A stretch of DNA of 64,000 nt, from contig CAMAVZ010000002.1 in the NCBI GenBank assembly GCA_945861645.1, positions 1 to 64,000 of the forward strand, read 5' to 3'. Numbering within the stretch: the stretch's first letter is position 1; each line of letters starts with the position of its first letter. Below the pieces are notes generated by a model, which was given only the letters and a program-made list of their open reading frames with translations, ran no database searches and was not told where the DNA came from. Shown here piece after piece: positions 1 through 9,564 of this stretch. The DNA comes from Opitutus sp. GAS368 (GTDB lineage Bacteria; Verrucomicrobiota; Verrucomicrobiia; Opitutales; Opitutaceae). A program made the translations under genes and the position numbers.

Positions 1-398
1 GAGTAACCTTCATCCTCCGCGCTAATCAGCTCGATGATGGCCATCTCGGCCGCATCACCAATGCGCTGCGGGCCAAGTTTGTAAATTCGTGTATAGCCAC
101 CTGGACGTTTAGCGAACTGAGCGGCTTTTTCATTGAAAAGCAGCGTAACAGCGGCCTCATCGCGAATATCCTTCAGCGCCATACGGCGCAAATGGATCGC
201 ATCCGCTTTGATGGCGGCCGCGGCAGCATTTTTAGCCTTAGTGATAACCTTTTCAATGAAAGGACGGAGGGCTTTAGCCTTGGTTAGCGTAGTCTCGATG
301 CGACCGTGCTTAATGAGGCTGGCGCCCATGTTAGAAAGCATCGCTTTGCGATGCTCGCGAGTTACGCCCAGTGAGGCGTGATGTTTATTGTGACGCAT
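1..398 (-). CDS. rplQ: 50S ribosomal protein L17 (3' end runs off window)
   Basis: Not in ORF track; manual translation from ATG at 398 gives MRHNKHHASLGVTREHRKAMLSNM...RIETTLTKAKALRPFIEKVIT...RPGGYTRIYK; follows rpoA. Confidence 0.96.
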   Translation of the reverse strand, partial: MRHNKHHASLGVTREHRKAMLSNMGASLIKHGRIETTLTKAKALRPFIEKVITKAKNAAAAAIKADAIHLRRMALKDIRDEAAVTLLFNEKAAQFAKRPGGYTRIYKLGPQRIGDAAEMAIIELISAEDEGY

Positions 399-556
399 TG
401 GTGGTTTGGGTTATTGGCTCCCGATCGGCAATCCGGTCGCAGCGTTGGGCGGCAGCGGACGGCGCGAGAGCCTAATTAAGTGATAAATGGTGGGCAGAAA
501 AGAACCACGGCGTGAGCTTTTACCCACTCACCGCGATTCAATGTTCGCGCCTGAAC

Positions 557-1558
557 TTAGGCTTCTTTTTTAGTGTCCAGGAGACGCTCGTCGAACTTCA
601 TGCCGAGGGACAAGCCAAGGGCCTCAAGCTTCTCTTTGATCTCGTTAAGTGATTTCTTACCGAAGTTACGATACTTGAGCATTTCTTGCTCTGTCTTCAT
701 GGCCAGCTCGCCGACCGTGGTGATATTAGCGTTGTTCAAGCAATTTGCCGCACGCACGGAGAGCTCAATTTCGTTGACCGACATATTCAGCAACTTGCGG
801 AGTTTATTCTGCTCCTCAGAAACTTCTGCAGCCACACTCTCAAACTCATAATTCTCCTGAGAAACGCGATCAAACACATCAAGGTGATGCTTAAGAATCG
901 AGGCTGATTGCTTGAGGGCATCGTCAGGGGTGATCCGACCATCGGTCCAGATTTCGAGCACCAGCTTATCATAGTCCGTGATCTGACCGACGCGGGTATT
1001 TTCTACCGCATAACGAACCAAGCGCACAGGAGAGAAAAGAGAATCAATCGGGATAACGCCAATCGCCTGTTCCTCTTTCTTATTATTTTCGCCAGGGCAA
1101 TAACCGCGGCCGGTTTTGATCTCAATCTCGGCTTCAAAGGTGCGCTTTGTGTCGAGGGTGCAGATAACTTGCTCGGGATTGACGATCTTAATATTTGCGT
1201 CGGCCTGAATATCGGCGGCCGTCACTGGACCTTCGCGGTTAACTTTCAGATGCAGTTTTAGCGTTTCGCGTTTTTCTGAAAGGATAAGCACCTTTTTGAG
1301 ATTAAGCACAATATCAGTCACGTCTTCGACCACGCCGGCCACACTCTGGAATTCGTGGTTCACGCCCTCGATTTTAATCGAGCTGATCGCACTACCCTCA
1401 ATTGAGCTCAGCAGAACTCGACGGAGAGAATTGCCGATGGTGTGTCCATAACCGGCCTCGAAAGGCTCGGCGATAAACTTGGCGTAGGTATTGGTGGAAC
1501 CCTCCTCAATCTTAGTGAGCTTGGAGGGAATTTCGAACTTTCCGAGGCGCTTGGGCAT
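557..1558 (-). CDS. rpoA: RNA polymerase alpha subunit
   Basis: EPFEAGYGHTIGNSLRRVLLSS; C-terminal ELSVRAANCL and RNFGKKSL. Confidence 0.99.
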   Translation of the reverse strand: MPKRLGKFEIPSKLTKIEEGSTNTYAKFIAEPFEAGYGHTIGNSLRRVLLSSIEGSAISSIKIEGVNHEFQSVAGVVEDVTDIVLNLKKVLILSEKRETLKLHLKVNREGPVTAADIQADANIKIVNPEQVICTLDTKRTFEAEIEIKTGRGYCPGENNKKEEQAIGVIPIDSLFSPVRLVRYAVENTRVGQITDYDKLVLEIWTDGRITPDDALKQSASILKHHLDVFDRVSQENYEFESVAAEVSEEQNKLRKLLNMSVNEIELSVRAANCLNNANITTVGELAMKTEQEMLKYRNFGKKSLNEIKEKLEALGLSLGMKFDERLLDTKKEA

Positions 1559-1654
1559 GGCAGGAATGATAGTTGAGTGAGACTGGAACTGGATGAGTGA
1601 AGGAAAAAGATCTGCCGCAGCTCGCAGAGCTTTGGCGAAATGAGCCGAGCAGGC

Positions 1655-2266
1655 TCAGAAGCGGGAATAGTATTCGACGATGAGCTGTTCGTTGATCGAA
1701 GGCTCCATCTCGTCACGAGTGGGCAAGCGCGTGACAGCGCCCTTGAGAGCCTCGTCGTTACGCGTCAACCAAGCCGGCACAACCCGCGCACGATTTTCTT
1801 CGATCGCGCGAGTGGCAAGTTGCCGAGAGGAATTAACGGCCTTCATTTCCACCTCATCGCCCTGCAAAACTGAATAGCTGGCGATATCAACTTTCCGGCC
1901 GTTAACGCGCACATGGCCGTGATTGACCAACTGGCGAGCCGCCGCACGACTCTTAGCAAAACCCAGTAAGTACACCACGCTGTCAAGACGGGTCTCGAGC
2001 AGTTGGAGAAAGCGTTCGCCGGTAACGCCACGTTCTTTCTTGGCAATGGCAAAGGTACGACGGAACTGGCGTTCCAAAAGTCCGTATATAAAACGGAGCT
2101 TCTGCTTTTCAGCGAGGCCAACCGCATATTCGGAAAGCTTACGCCGTGATTTTGGGCCGTGTTGCCCAGGTGGAAAATTGCGGCGTTCGAGCACCTTGGC
2201 CGAGCCAATGATATATTGGCCGAAACGACGGCTGATGCGGGTGGATGGTCCTGTGTAGCGAGCCAT
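1655..2266 (-). CDS. rpsD: 30S ribosomal protein S4 (no Zn cysteines)
   Basis: MARYTGP, PPGQHG, LLETRLD, ARQLVNHGHV, NEQLIVEYYSR. Confidence 0.99.
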   Translation of the reverse strand: MARYTGPSTRISRRFGQYIIGSAKVLERRNFPPGQHGPKSRRKLSEYAVGLAEKQKLRFIYGLLERQFRRTFAIAKKERGVTGERFLQLLETRLDSVVYLLGFAKSRAAARQLVNHGHVRVNGRKVDIASYSVLQGDEVEMKAVNSSRQLATRAIEENRARVVPAWLTRNDEALKGAVTRLPTRDEMEPSINEQLIVEYYSRF

Positions 2267-2298
2267 GGTAAAAAATAGTTAGCGGGTTAAAGGGCAGA

Positions 2299-2913
2299 TT
2301 AGACGCGACGACGTTTACGGGGACGGCAGCCATTATGCGGCACCGGGGTTACGTCGATGATAGACGAAATTTCTAGACCAATCGCCTGAAGACCGCGAAT
2401 GGCCGAGTCACGACCAAGACCAGGGCCACTTACTCGAATTTGGACCTCTTTAAGGCCGTGAGCCATGGCGTTGCGGGCGGCATCCTGAGCCACAACCTGA
2501 GCGGCGTAGGCAGTCGATTTACGCGAGCCGCGGAAGTTGCATTTGCCAGCGCTCGACCATGAGATGACGTTGCCCTTGCCGTCCGTGATAGAGACAATGG
2601 TATTATTGAACGTCGCTGCAATATTCGCGATGCCGGAGGTGATGTTTTTAGACCCCTTGGCCTTGCGGACCTTTATAGAGGATAGCTCCTCCTTAAGGAG
2701 ATCCTCAGCCGTGACGGACTTGGGTACGCCACCGACTAATTCAACGGGTGCGGCGGCGTCGGCCTTAGGGGCCTTTTCCTTACCGCCCTTGGCAGGCGCT
2801 TCAGGACGATTGCCGGCAGGAGCAGCAGAAGCCGCGAGGGCGGCGTCGACGGCAGCAGCGGCGGCCTTCTTAGGCAGCTTTTCCTTCTTGGGCACAGATT
2901 TCTCTTCGGACAT
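2299..2913 (-). CDS. rpsK: 30S ribosomal protein S11 with long Ala/Lys/Pro-rich N-terminal extension
   Basis: [43 protein letters not shown]. Confidence 0.98.
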   Translation of the reverse strand: MSEEKSVPKKEKLPKKAAAAAVDAALAASAAPAGNRPEAPAKGGKEKAPKADAAAPVELVGGVPKSVTAEDLLKEELSSIKVRKAKGSKNITSGIANIAATFNNTIVSITDGKGNVISWSSAGKCNFRGSRKSTAYAAQVVAQDAARNAMAHGLKEVQIRVSGPGLGRDSAIRGLQAIGLEISSIIDVTPVPHNGCRPRKRRRV

Positions 2914-2924
2914 GGAGATAAGTT

Positions 2925-3314
2925 TTAAGATTTAGAGACTTCCTTGACCTTAGTAACCCCAACGGTCTTGCGCGGGCCCTTGCGGGTACGAGCATTGGTG
3001 CTGGTACGTTGACCACGTACCGGCAGGCTCCGACGGTGACGAATGCCTCGATAGCAATTGATGGCCTGAAGGCGCTTCAAATTGCCAGCGATATCGCGGC
3101 GCAAATCGCCCTCCACCACCCATTTATTATCAGTGATAATATGGAGAATTTTATTCAGCTGCTCCTCGGAAAGATCCGAGGCGCGCATGTTGGCATCAAG
3201 GCCGGCGGCCTCAACGATGAGATCGGCCCGAGCGGGACCAATGCCATAGATATAGCGGAGGGAAAAGCCGACTTTCTTTTTGGCGGGGAGTTCGACGCCG
3301 AGGAGACGAGGCAT
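2925..3314 (-). CDS. rpsM: 30S ribosomal protein S13
   Basis: [38 protein letters not shown]. Confidence 0.99.
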   Translation of the reverse strand: MPRLLGVELPAKKKVGFSLRYIYGIGPARADLIVEAAGLDANMRASDLSEEQLNKILHIITDNKWVVEGDLRRDIAGNLKRLQAINCYRGIRHRRSLPVRGQRTSTNARTRKGPRKTVGVTKVKEVSKS

Positions 3315-3363
3315 AGATGTTTTAGTTAAGAGTTAGGAGTTGAGAGTGAACAAAAGGAATAAA

Positions 3364-4137
3364 TTAAAAAGGAGTGGGAAGAATAGTGAGAATCTCTGGA
3401 ACAGAATCAGTGGTCAGCACGGTGTGTTCGAAATGAGCGGAGGGCGAACCATCACGTGTGACGATCGTCCAACCATCAGCTAAGGTCTTTACCTCGAAGC
3501 GGCCGAAATTAACCATCGGCTCGATCGCCAGCGTCATCCCTGCTTTAATTTTCTCGCCGGCGTTGCGCCGGCCAAAATTGGGGATTTGTGGCTCCTCGTG
3601 CATCGCACAACCGACTCCATGACCAACCATATCTCGCACTACGCTGAAACCGTGAGATTCAACAAAGGTCTGGATGGCATTAGAGATATCACCGATTCGA
3701 TTACCGGGTAGCGCTTGCTGGATACCGATACGCAAAGCGGATTCAGTGATTTCCAGTAATTTAGCGGTCTGGGGCGCAATGGCGCCGACTGGGACCGTAA
3801 TAGCATTATCGCCGATGTAGCCGTTATATTCAATAACGACGTCGAGCGAAATAATATCACCGTCACGCAGGATGCGCTTCAGGGACCCGATGCCATGAAC
3901 CACCTCTTCATTAACTGAGAGGCAAGTGTAGGCTGGATAGCGCTGAGCGTGCAACGGGTAGCCGTAGCAGGCGCTGCGAGCGCCAAACGAGGCAATGAGA
4001 TCGCGGCCGATTTGATCCAAGTCGTAAGTCGTGATACCGGGACGGACCTGCTCCTTCAGCCGGGCGAGAACCGTCGCGGCGATGAGGCAGGATTCGCGCA
4101 TCCGCTTGATGGCTTCCGTGTTTTTTATCGGAATCAT
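3364..4137 (-). CDS. map: Type I methionine aminopeptidase
   Basis: SVNEEVVHGI, GHGVG..MHEEP, AIEPM, SAHFEHT; start set at MIPIKN (ATG 4137), which overlaps the upstream TAA as TAATG. Confidence 0.97.
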   Translation of the reverse strand: MIPIKNTEAIKRMRESCLIAATVLARLKEQVRPGITTYDLDQIGRDLIASFGARSACYGYPLHAQRYPAYTCLSVNEEVVHGIGSLKRILRDGDIISLDVVIEYNGYIGDNAITVPVGAIAPQTAKLLEITESALRIGIQQALPGNRIGDISNAIQTFVESHGFSVVRDMVGHGVGCAMHEEPQIPNFGRRNAGEKIKAGMTLAIEPMVNFGRFEVKTLADGWTIVTRDGSPSAHFEHTVLTTDSVPEILTILPTPF

Positions 4138-4604
4138 TAAGCAGCAGCGGGAATGGCTTCTAACAGAAGCCCGTAAGTGCGGTAGTGGGTGACCACGGGT
4201 TCCGCTGAAAGCGGATCTGGCGCGTAGCCGCAAGTGATGATCTCACCGCGTGCTTCGAGCCACTCGTCGAACACCAACGCTTGGAGCAGCGTAGCCGGAA
4301 AATCTTCGAGAAGAAATCCCGCATCGGGTTTGCGCGCCCAAAACCACTTACGCATTACTGCGAGATGAATTTGGTCAGGCACGGCAAAGCCGCGCGTGAT
4401 CGCCCATTGGGCTTGTTGGCCCAGTGACGTGCGTCGCGAAATCTCCTGTTGCACAAAAAACGCAGGAGAGACGTGCTCAAGATTCAAAGAACGGCCTTGG
4501 AGAATCAAACCCGCAAAATGCGAGCCCGACGGACCAAGGAGAATGACCTTCGATTTCGCCGAAGCAAAATTGGAAAAGGGGCTGGAGTGTTCAGCCCTGT
4601 TCAC
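4137..4604 (-). CDS. Adenylate-kinase-fold protein with degenerate catalytic motifs and no LID domain
   Basis: Occupies the adk slot between secY and map; VILLGPSGS, TSLGQQA..GFAVPDQI, GFLLEDFPAT..QA and EPVVTHY align by eye with Adk. Confidence 0.75.
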   Translation of the reverse strand: MNRAEHSSPFSNFASAKSKVILLGPSGSHFAGLILQGRSLNLEHVSPAFFVQQEISRRTSLGQQAQWAITRGFAVPDQIHLAVMRKWFWARKPDAGFLLEDFPATLLQALVFDEWLEARGEIITCGYAPDPLSAEPVVTHYRTYGLLLEAIPAAA

Positions 4605-4616
4605 CGAAGTAAAGTA

Positions 4617-6116
4617 TTAAAGAGCAAAGTGGCGGACGGCCCATGCGGTCAGGCCAACTAAAAGTATAATAACCATAACGGCAGTCAGTTGCATAACTGA
4701 TTTGTCACTGGCCGCTTCACCTATCGCAACATTCGCTGAAGTGGTGCGACCACGAATGCGCCCCTTTTTCAGGAACCCATCATAATGACGCTGCAAGAGA
4801 AAAGTTTCGATTTGACGCATCGTATCCAGAATCACGCCAACGGTGATCAGCATACCCGTGCCACCAAAGAAATAAGCAACGCGGGGCGGTACCGATAATT
4901 GGAATAGCAGTAAGTCGGGCAGAATGGAAATAATGGTTAAGAAAACCGCCCCAGCCAAAGTAAGGCGGGTCATGATGAAGTCGAGAAAGCTAGCTGTCGG
5001 CTCGCCGGGGCGCACGCCGGGAATATAGCCGCCGTATTTCTTGAGGTCATCGGCGATCTGGATCGGCTTGAACATAACCGAGACCCAAAAATAACTGAAG
5101 AAAAGAATGAGTGCCGCCGTAAAGGTATAATACATCCAGTGGCCTTGGAGCAGATTATTGGAAAATTCGACGAGGAAGGGCAGCGCAAAGGCGGCTCCAA
5201 GTTGGGAAAGAATCTGCTGTGGGAAGAGTAGAATCGCGCTAGCGAAGATGACCGGCATGACACCCGAGTAATTGACCTTAAGCGGGAGGAAGGAACTCTG
5301 CCCGCCGTACACCTTCTGCCCGACTACACGCTTGGCGTATTGCACGGGGATTTTCCGCTGACCCTGGGTAACGGCGATGATTCCCATCGTCACAATAATA
5401 AAAAGAGCGATCATCATGGTGGCCTGCGGCAAGCCAAGCTTGGCAACGCCGATCGGGGCAAAAAACAACTGGTAGGTGGCCATCGCAGCCCCCGGGATAT
5501 CGGCCAAAATACCGATGGTAATGAGCAGTGATACACCGTTGCCGATGCCGCGCTGGGTGATCTGCTCGCCGAGCCACATGAGCAACATGGTGCCGGCCGT
5601 CATGAAGATGGTCGACTGCACCATGAACCAAAATTTGCTCACGATGACAATCTGTCCGTACTGGTTGACATCAAATCCAGAAAAGAGCCGGGCAGGATTT
5701 TCGAGAGCTAAAATCAAAAGGACGCCTTGTACTAAGCAAATAATGACAGTCGCATAACGCGTATACTGCGTGAGTTTTTGGCGGCCAACATCTCCCTCTT
5801 GCTGCAAGCGACTGAGCATTGGCACTACCGCGGTCAAAAGCTGGAAGATAATGGAAGCGCTAATGTAGGGCATGATGCCAAGAGCGCAGACGGCTCCCTT
5901 CACGAGAGCTCCGCCAGTAAACATGTTATACAGACCGACAAGAGCGCCGCCCCCATTGGCCGTTTGATCAGCGAAAAATGCCTGTAACGGCTTCGGATCG
6001 ATACCAGGGAGCGGAATGTGCGCCCCAACACGCGCCACAAAAAGCAGCCCAAGGGTATAAAGGATCCGCGAGCGAAGCTCAGGAATCTTCAGGGAGTTCG
6101 TGAAGGCAGAAAACAT
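4617..6116 (-). CDS. secY: Preprotein translocase SecY
   Basis: ALGIMPYISASII, WLGEQIT.RGIGNGVSL, YIPGVRPG, FFGGTGMLITVGV. Confidence 0.99.
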   Translation of the reverse strand: MFSAFTNSLKIPELRSRILYTLGLLFVARVGAHIPLPGIDPKPLQAFFADQTANGGGALVGLYNMFTGGALVKGAVCALGIMPYISASIIFQLLTAVVPMLSRLQQEGDVGRQKLTQYTRYATVIICLVQGVLLILALENPARLFSGFDVNQYGQIVIVSKFWFMVQSTIFMTAGTMLLMWLGEQITQRGIGNGVSLLITIGILADIPGAAMATYQLFFAPIGVAKLGLPQATMMIALFIIVTMGIIAVTQGQRKIPVQYAKRVVGQKVYGGQSSFLPLKVNYSGVMPVIFASAILLFPQQILSQLGAAFALPFLVEFSNNLLQGHWMYYTFTAALILFFSYFWVSVMFKPIQIADDLKKYGGYIPGVRPGEPTASFLDFIMTRLTLAGAVFLTIISILPDLLLFQLSVPPRVAYFFGGTGMLITVGVILDTMRQIETFLLQRHYDGFLKKGRIRGRTTSANVAIGEAASDKSVMQLTAVMVIILLVGLTAWAVRHFAL

Positions 6117-6175
6117 TTTGGAGAATCAGGAAGCAAAGTTACGCAAGAAGCGAGTGATGGCTAACACGGCCCCAC

Positions 6176-6622
6176 TCAGGCCGTGATAGCCTGACCGCCA
6201 GCTTTTTCGAGTTTAGCCTTAGCCGAACCCGTAAATTTCTGCGCAGTCACCTTGAGGGCGCGGGTGATTTCACCATCGCCGAGAATTTTAAGCGTCTTGA
6301 TGCCCCCGCGCACGAGGCCAGCTTGCGCTAATACTTCTGCATTCACTTCAGAAATTGCAGCATCAAGTCGCGCGAGATCGCCGACATTAACAACCGCATA
6401 GCTGGTACGAAATTCGTAGTTGTTGAATCCGCGACGCGGCAATTTACGGTACAGGGGCATCTGGCCGCCCTCAAAACCTGGCCGGATAGAACTGCCGGAG
6501 CGAGCGCTCTGGCCCTTACCACCGCGCGTGGAGGTTTTACCGTGACCGCCGCCTTCGCCGCAGCCAACGCGTTTCTTGCGGTGCACCGCACCGGGGACAT
6601 TTTTGAGATCGTGAAGACGCAT
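6176..6622 (-). CDS. rplO: 50S ribosomal protein L15
   Basis: GKTSTRGGKGQSAR, FEGGQMPLYRKLPRRGF, KILGDG. Confidence 0.99.
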   Translation of the reverse strand: MRLHDLKNVPGAVHRKKRVGCGEGGGHGKTSTRGGKGQSARSGSSIRPGFEGGQMPLYRKLPRRGFNNYEFRTSYAVVNVGDLARLDAAISEVNAEVLAQAGLVRGGIKTLKILGDGEITRALKVTAQKFTGSAKAKLEKAGGQAITA

Positions 6623-6690
6623 GATAGTTATTCCTGATTAGTGCGCCGCACCTCAGCGATGAGGCGCGACTCGGAGTTTGATGAATTAAA

Positions 6691-7203
6691 TTAAGCGCGG
6701 AGGGCTTTGAAATCTTCTTCTAGCCGGAGTTGGCGCAGTCCGTTCAAAGTGGCATGCACAACGGCAATATGATTTTTGGAGCCCATCGATTTTGTCAGAA
6801 CATTGTGGACGCCAGCGGCTTCAAGAACCGCCCGCACCCCGCCGCCAGCAATCAAGCCAGTGCCAGTGGAAGCGGGGCGAAGAAATACTTTACCCCCATC
6901 GTATTCACCGAGGACCTCGTGCGGAATTGTGCTGCCCTTGAGTTTGACCGACACCATCCGCTTTTTGGCTGACTCGGTAGATTTTTTAATCGCATCAGGC
7001 ACTTCGTTAGCCTTGCCGTAGCCGATGCCGACATTGCCCTTGCCGTCGCCCACGACAGATAAAGCCGAGAAGCTAAAGCGGCGACCGCCTTTAACTACTT
7101 TGGCGCAGCGATTGATGAATACGACTTTCTCGTACATGCCGGGCTCAGCCGATTCTTTATTGGAGCGCTGGCCGGAAGACGATCTGGTTGAATTGTAATT
7201 CAT
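6691..7203 (-). CDS. rpsE: 30S ribosomal protein S5
   Basis: [33 protein letters not shown]. Confidence 0.99.
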   Translation of the reverse strand: MNYNSTRSSSGQRSNKESAEPGMYEKVVFINRCAKVVKGGRRFSFSALSVVGDGKGNVGIGYGKANEVPDAIKKSTESAKKRMVSVKLKGSTIPHEVLGEYDGGKVFLRPASTGTGLIAGGGVRAVLEAAGVHNVLTKSMGSKNHIAVVHATLNGLRQLRLEEDFKALRA

Positions 7204-7212
7204 GAGCGGAGA

Positions 7213-7575
7213 TTAAAATTGTAGACCACCCTCACGGGCAGCATCAGCAAAAATTTTGACGCGACCGTGGAAGAGACGACCGTTGCGATCGAAAACCACC
7301 CCAGTGATACCAACGGCTTTGGCTTTGGCCGCAAAAGCAGCGCCGAGCGATTTGGCACCGGCAACATTGCCCTTTACTTGCGATTTCCGGGTCTCGGGAT
7401 CGAGCGTAGAAAGAAATACGAGGGTCGCGCCCGCATCGTCGTTTACCGCCTGCGCGTAAATATGCTTGCCGGAGAATTTGACACTCAGGCGAGGGCGCAC
7501 GGCCGTACCGGTCACTTTCTTGCGAATGCGCCATTTGCGCTTCTGGAGGAGCTGAGCTTTGTAAACTGTTTTCAT
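7213..7575 (-). CDS. rplR: 50S ribosomal protein L18
   Basis: RPRLSV, HIYAQ, VFDRNGRLFHGRV..ADAAREGGLQF. Confidence 0.98.
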   Translation of the reverse strand: MKTVYKAQLLQKRKWRIRKKVTGTAVRPRLSVKFSGKHIYAQAVNDDAGATLVFLSTLDPETRKSQVKGNVAGAKSLGAAFAAKAKAVGITGVVFDRNGRLFHGRVKIFADAAREGGLQF

Positions 7576-7589
7576 GGGTGGTGGTTCGT

Positions 7590-8135
7590 TTAAGCGACGG
7601 TCTTACCTTCCTTACGACGGACCCGTTCAGCGTACTCGCCGACAATACGCACGCCCTTGCCCTTATAAGGCTCTGGCGGATAGTAAGCGCGAATTTCAGC
7701 GGTGACCTGACCGACGAGTTGCTTATCAGCACCTTCAATTTTTAATTTGGTCTGATCGGTAACGGTAATTTTGATGCCTTCAGGAATATCGTGAAGAATC
7801 GGATGCGAATAGCCCAAGGCGAGGTCAAGCTGCTTGCCCTTGAGGATGGCTTTGAAACCAACCCCTTGAATCTCAAGCTCTTTAAGATAACCGACACTAA
7901 CGCCCTTAACCATACCAGCTATGACGGAGCGAGCCGTGCCATACATCGCGCGAGAAAACCGCGTCTCATCGAGCGGTGATACACAAATGGTGTTATCTTT
8001 CTTTTCAATTTTAACGACTGAAGCAAAAGTCTTGGAGACTTTGCCCTTAGGCCCCTCGACAGACACGGTGGTGTCTTTAATGTCGATTTTGACCTTGTCA
8101 GGAATTTGGACGGGTTGTTTGCCGATTCTGCTCAT
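7590..8135 (-). CDS. rplF: 50S ribosomal protein L6
   Basis: MSRIGKQP, GPKG, LGYSHP, PEPYKGKGVR. Confidence 0.99.
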   Translation of the reverse strand: MSRIGKQPVQIPDKVKIDIKDTTVSVEGPKGKVSKTFASVVKIEKKDNTICVSPLDETRFSRAMYGTARSVIAGMVKGVSVGYLKELEIQGVGFKAILKGKQLDLALGYSHPILHDIPEGIKITVTDQTKLKIEGADKQLVGQVTAEIRAYYPPEPYKGKGVRIVGEYAERVRRKEGKTVA

Positions 8136-8149
8136 GGTGGTTATTCTCC

Positions 8150-8542
8150 TTACCAGACGGTGCAGACGAGTTCGCCGCCGAGTTTATGGCGCCGAGCGTC
8201 TTGGTCCTTCATGAGACCCTTGGAAGTGGAAATGATAGAAAGACCGAGGCCATTCAAGACACGCGGGATTTCAGAGTAGCCGGTGTAAATTCGGCGGCCA
8301 GGGGTTGAAGTGCGTTTGAGACCAGTAATAACCGGAGCGCTATCGACATACTTCATCGTTACGATGAGAGTCTTATGCCCGCGCTCTTCAGTCCCGGTGG
8401 CGACTGCACGTACGAAACCTTCGGCTTTAAGAATGCCGGCGAGACTTTCCTTAAGTTTAGAGTGCGGCATGACGCACTCGGCGAGACCGGCCTTCGACGC
8501 ATTGCGTAGGCGGGTCAAAAAATCACTAATCGGATCGGTCAT
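8150..8542 (-). CDS. rpsH: 30S ribosomal protein S8
   Basis: MTDPISDFLTRLRNA, STPGRRIY, ISTSKGLM, LGGELVCTVW. Confidence 0.99.
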   Translation of the reverse strand: MTDPISDFLTRLRNASKAGLAECVMPHSKLKESLAGILKAEGFVRAVATGTEERGHKTLIVTMKYVDSAPVITGLKRTSTPGRRIYTGYSEIPRVLNGLGLSIISTSKGLMKDQDARRHKLGGELVCTVW

Positions 8543-8601
8543 GGATGGATGGAGGTTAGATTGCCCGTCGGATCATATCCGACTTCCGGCGGGAAAGTTT
8601 T

Positions 8602-8907
8602 TTACCAGGAGGATTTAGTGACTCCAGGAATCTTGCCGGCAAGCGCGAGTTCGCGGAGCGTGATGCGGGAGACACCGAAACGGCGATGAAAGCCGCGCGG
8701 TCGACCGCTGAGCGAGCAACGGTTACGAATGCGGATCTTTGAAGAATTACGAGGTAATTTAGCGAGCTGCTTTTGCGCGGCGAAAAATTCTTCGTCGGTA
8801 GTAGCGGGATTGGCGAGAATCGCCTTTAGCTCCGCACGCTTGACAGCATGCTTAGCGGTAAGGCGGATACGCTTCTTGTTGCGTTCGATAGCAGAGGTTT
8901 TCGGCAT
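8602..8907 (-). CDS. rpsN: 30S ribosomal protein S14, 101-aa Zn-independent form
   Basis: LPRNSS, RNRCSLSGRPRG, GKIPGVTKSSW; only one Cys. Confidence 0.98.
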   Translation of the reverse strand: MPKTSAIERNKKRIRLTAKHAVKRAELKAILANPATTDEEFFAAQKQLAKLPRNSSKIRIRNRCSLSGRPRGFHRRFGVSRITLRELALAGKIPGVTKSSW

Positions 8908-8919
8908 GGCGCGATCAGG

Positions 8920-9498
8920 TTAGGCAGCGGTGGATTTGGCAGGCACTGGATCGATCCGGCGGAACGGCATGCCCATGAGTTTTAAAAATTCGCGAGCTTC
9001 ATCATCCGACTCAGCCGAGGTCACAAAAGTAATATCAAGGCCCATCTGGCGCTTGTTATTTTCGACAACGATTTCTGGGAAAATAGTAAAATCGGTGATG
9101 CCGATGGTATAATTCCCCTGCCCATCCAATTTATTAGGCACCCCGCGAAAATCGCGAATAGACGGTAGCGCCACAGCGAGGAGGCGCATAAAGAAATGCC
9201 ACATACTTTCGCCGCGCAGCGTAACGTGGCACCCCGTAATTTGATTGGGCTTAAGCTTGAAATTGGCGATAGCCTTTTTCGAACGATTAAGCACAGGCTT
9301 CTGGCCAGCTATCAGGCCGATATCACGCGCAGTCTCCGCGATGATATTTTTGTCGGCCTCGGAGCTAATGCCGGTATTGATAACAATTTTATCAAGCTTA
9401 GGCACCTGATGCTTATTGGTATAACCGCGAGCGGCAGTCAAAGCGGGAATAACCGTTTCGACGTAGTGTTTTTGTAAAGGGGTGAGTAGTTTGCTCAT
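8920..9498 (-). CDS. rplE: 50S ribosomal protein L5
   Basis: VPKLDKIVIN, GQKP, VTLRG, LPSIRDFRG, FPEI, GMPF. Confidence 0.98.
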   Translation of the reverse strand: MSKLLTPLQKHYVETVIPALTAARGYTNKHQVPKLDKIVINTGISSEADKNIIAETARDIGLIAGQKPVLNRSKKAIANFKLKPNQITGCHVTLRGESMWHFFMRLLAVALPSIRDFRGVPNKLDGQGNYTIGITDFTIFPEIVVENNKRQMGLDITFVTSAESDDEAREFLKLMGMPFRRIDPVPAKSTAA

Positions 9499-9564
9499 GG
9501 GTGCGACCGGGTTTCCGAGCCGGATGCTTAATGGTTAAGATAAATAATCGAGATTCCTGCCGGC

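Noticed and set aside
4137-4604. Calling the ORF functional adk or a pseudogene
   Set aside because: Catalytic residues are missing, but the frame is intact and coupled to map, so neither label is supported
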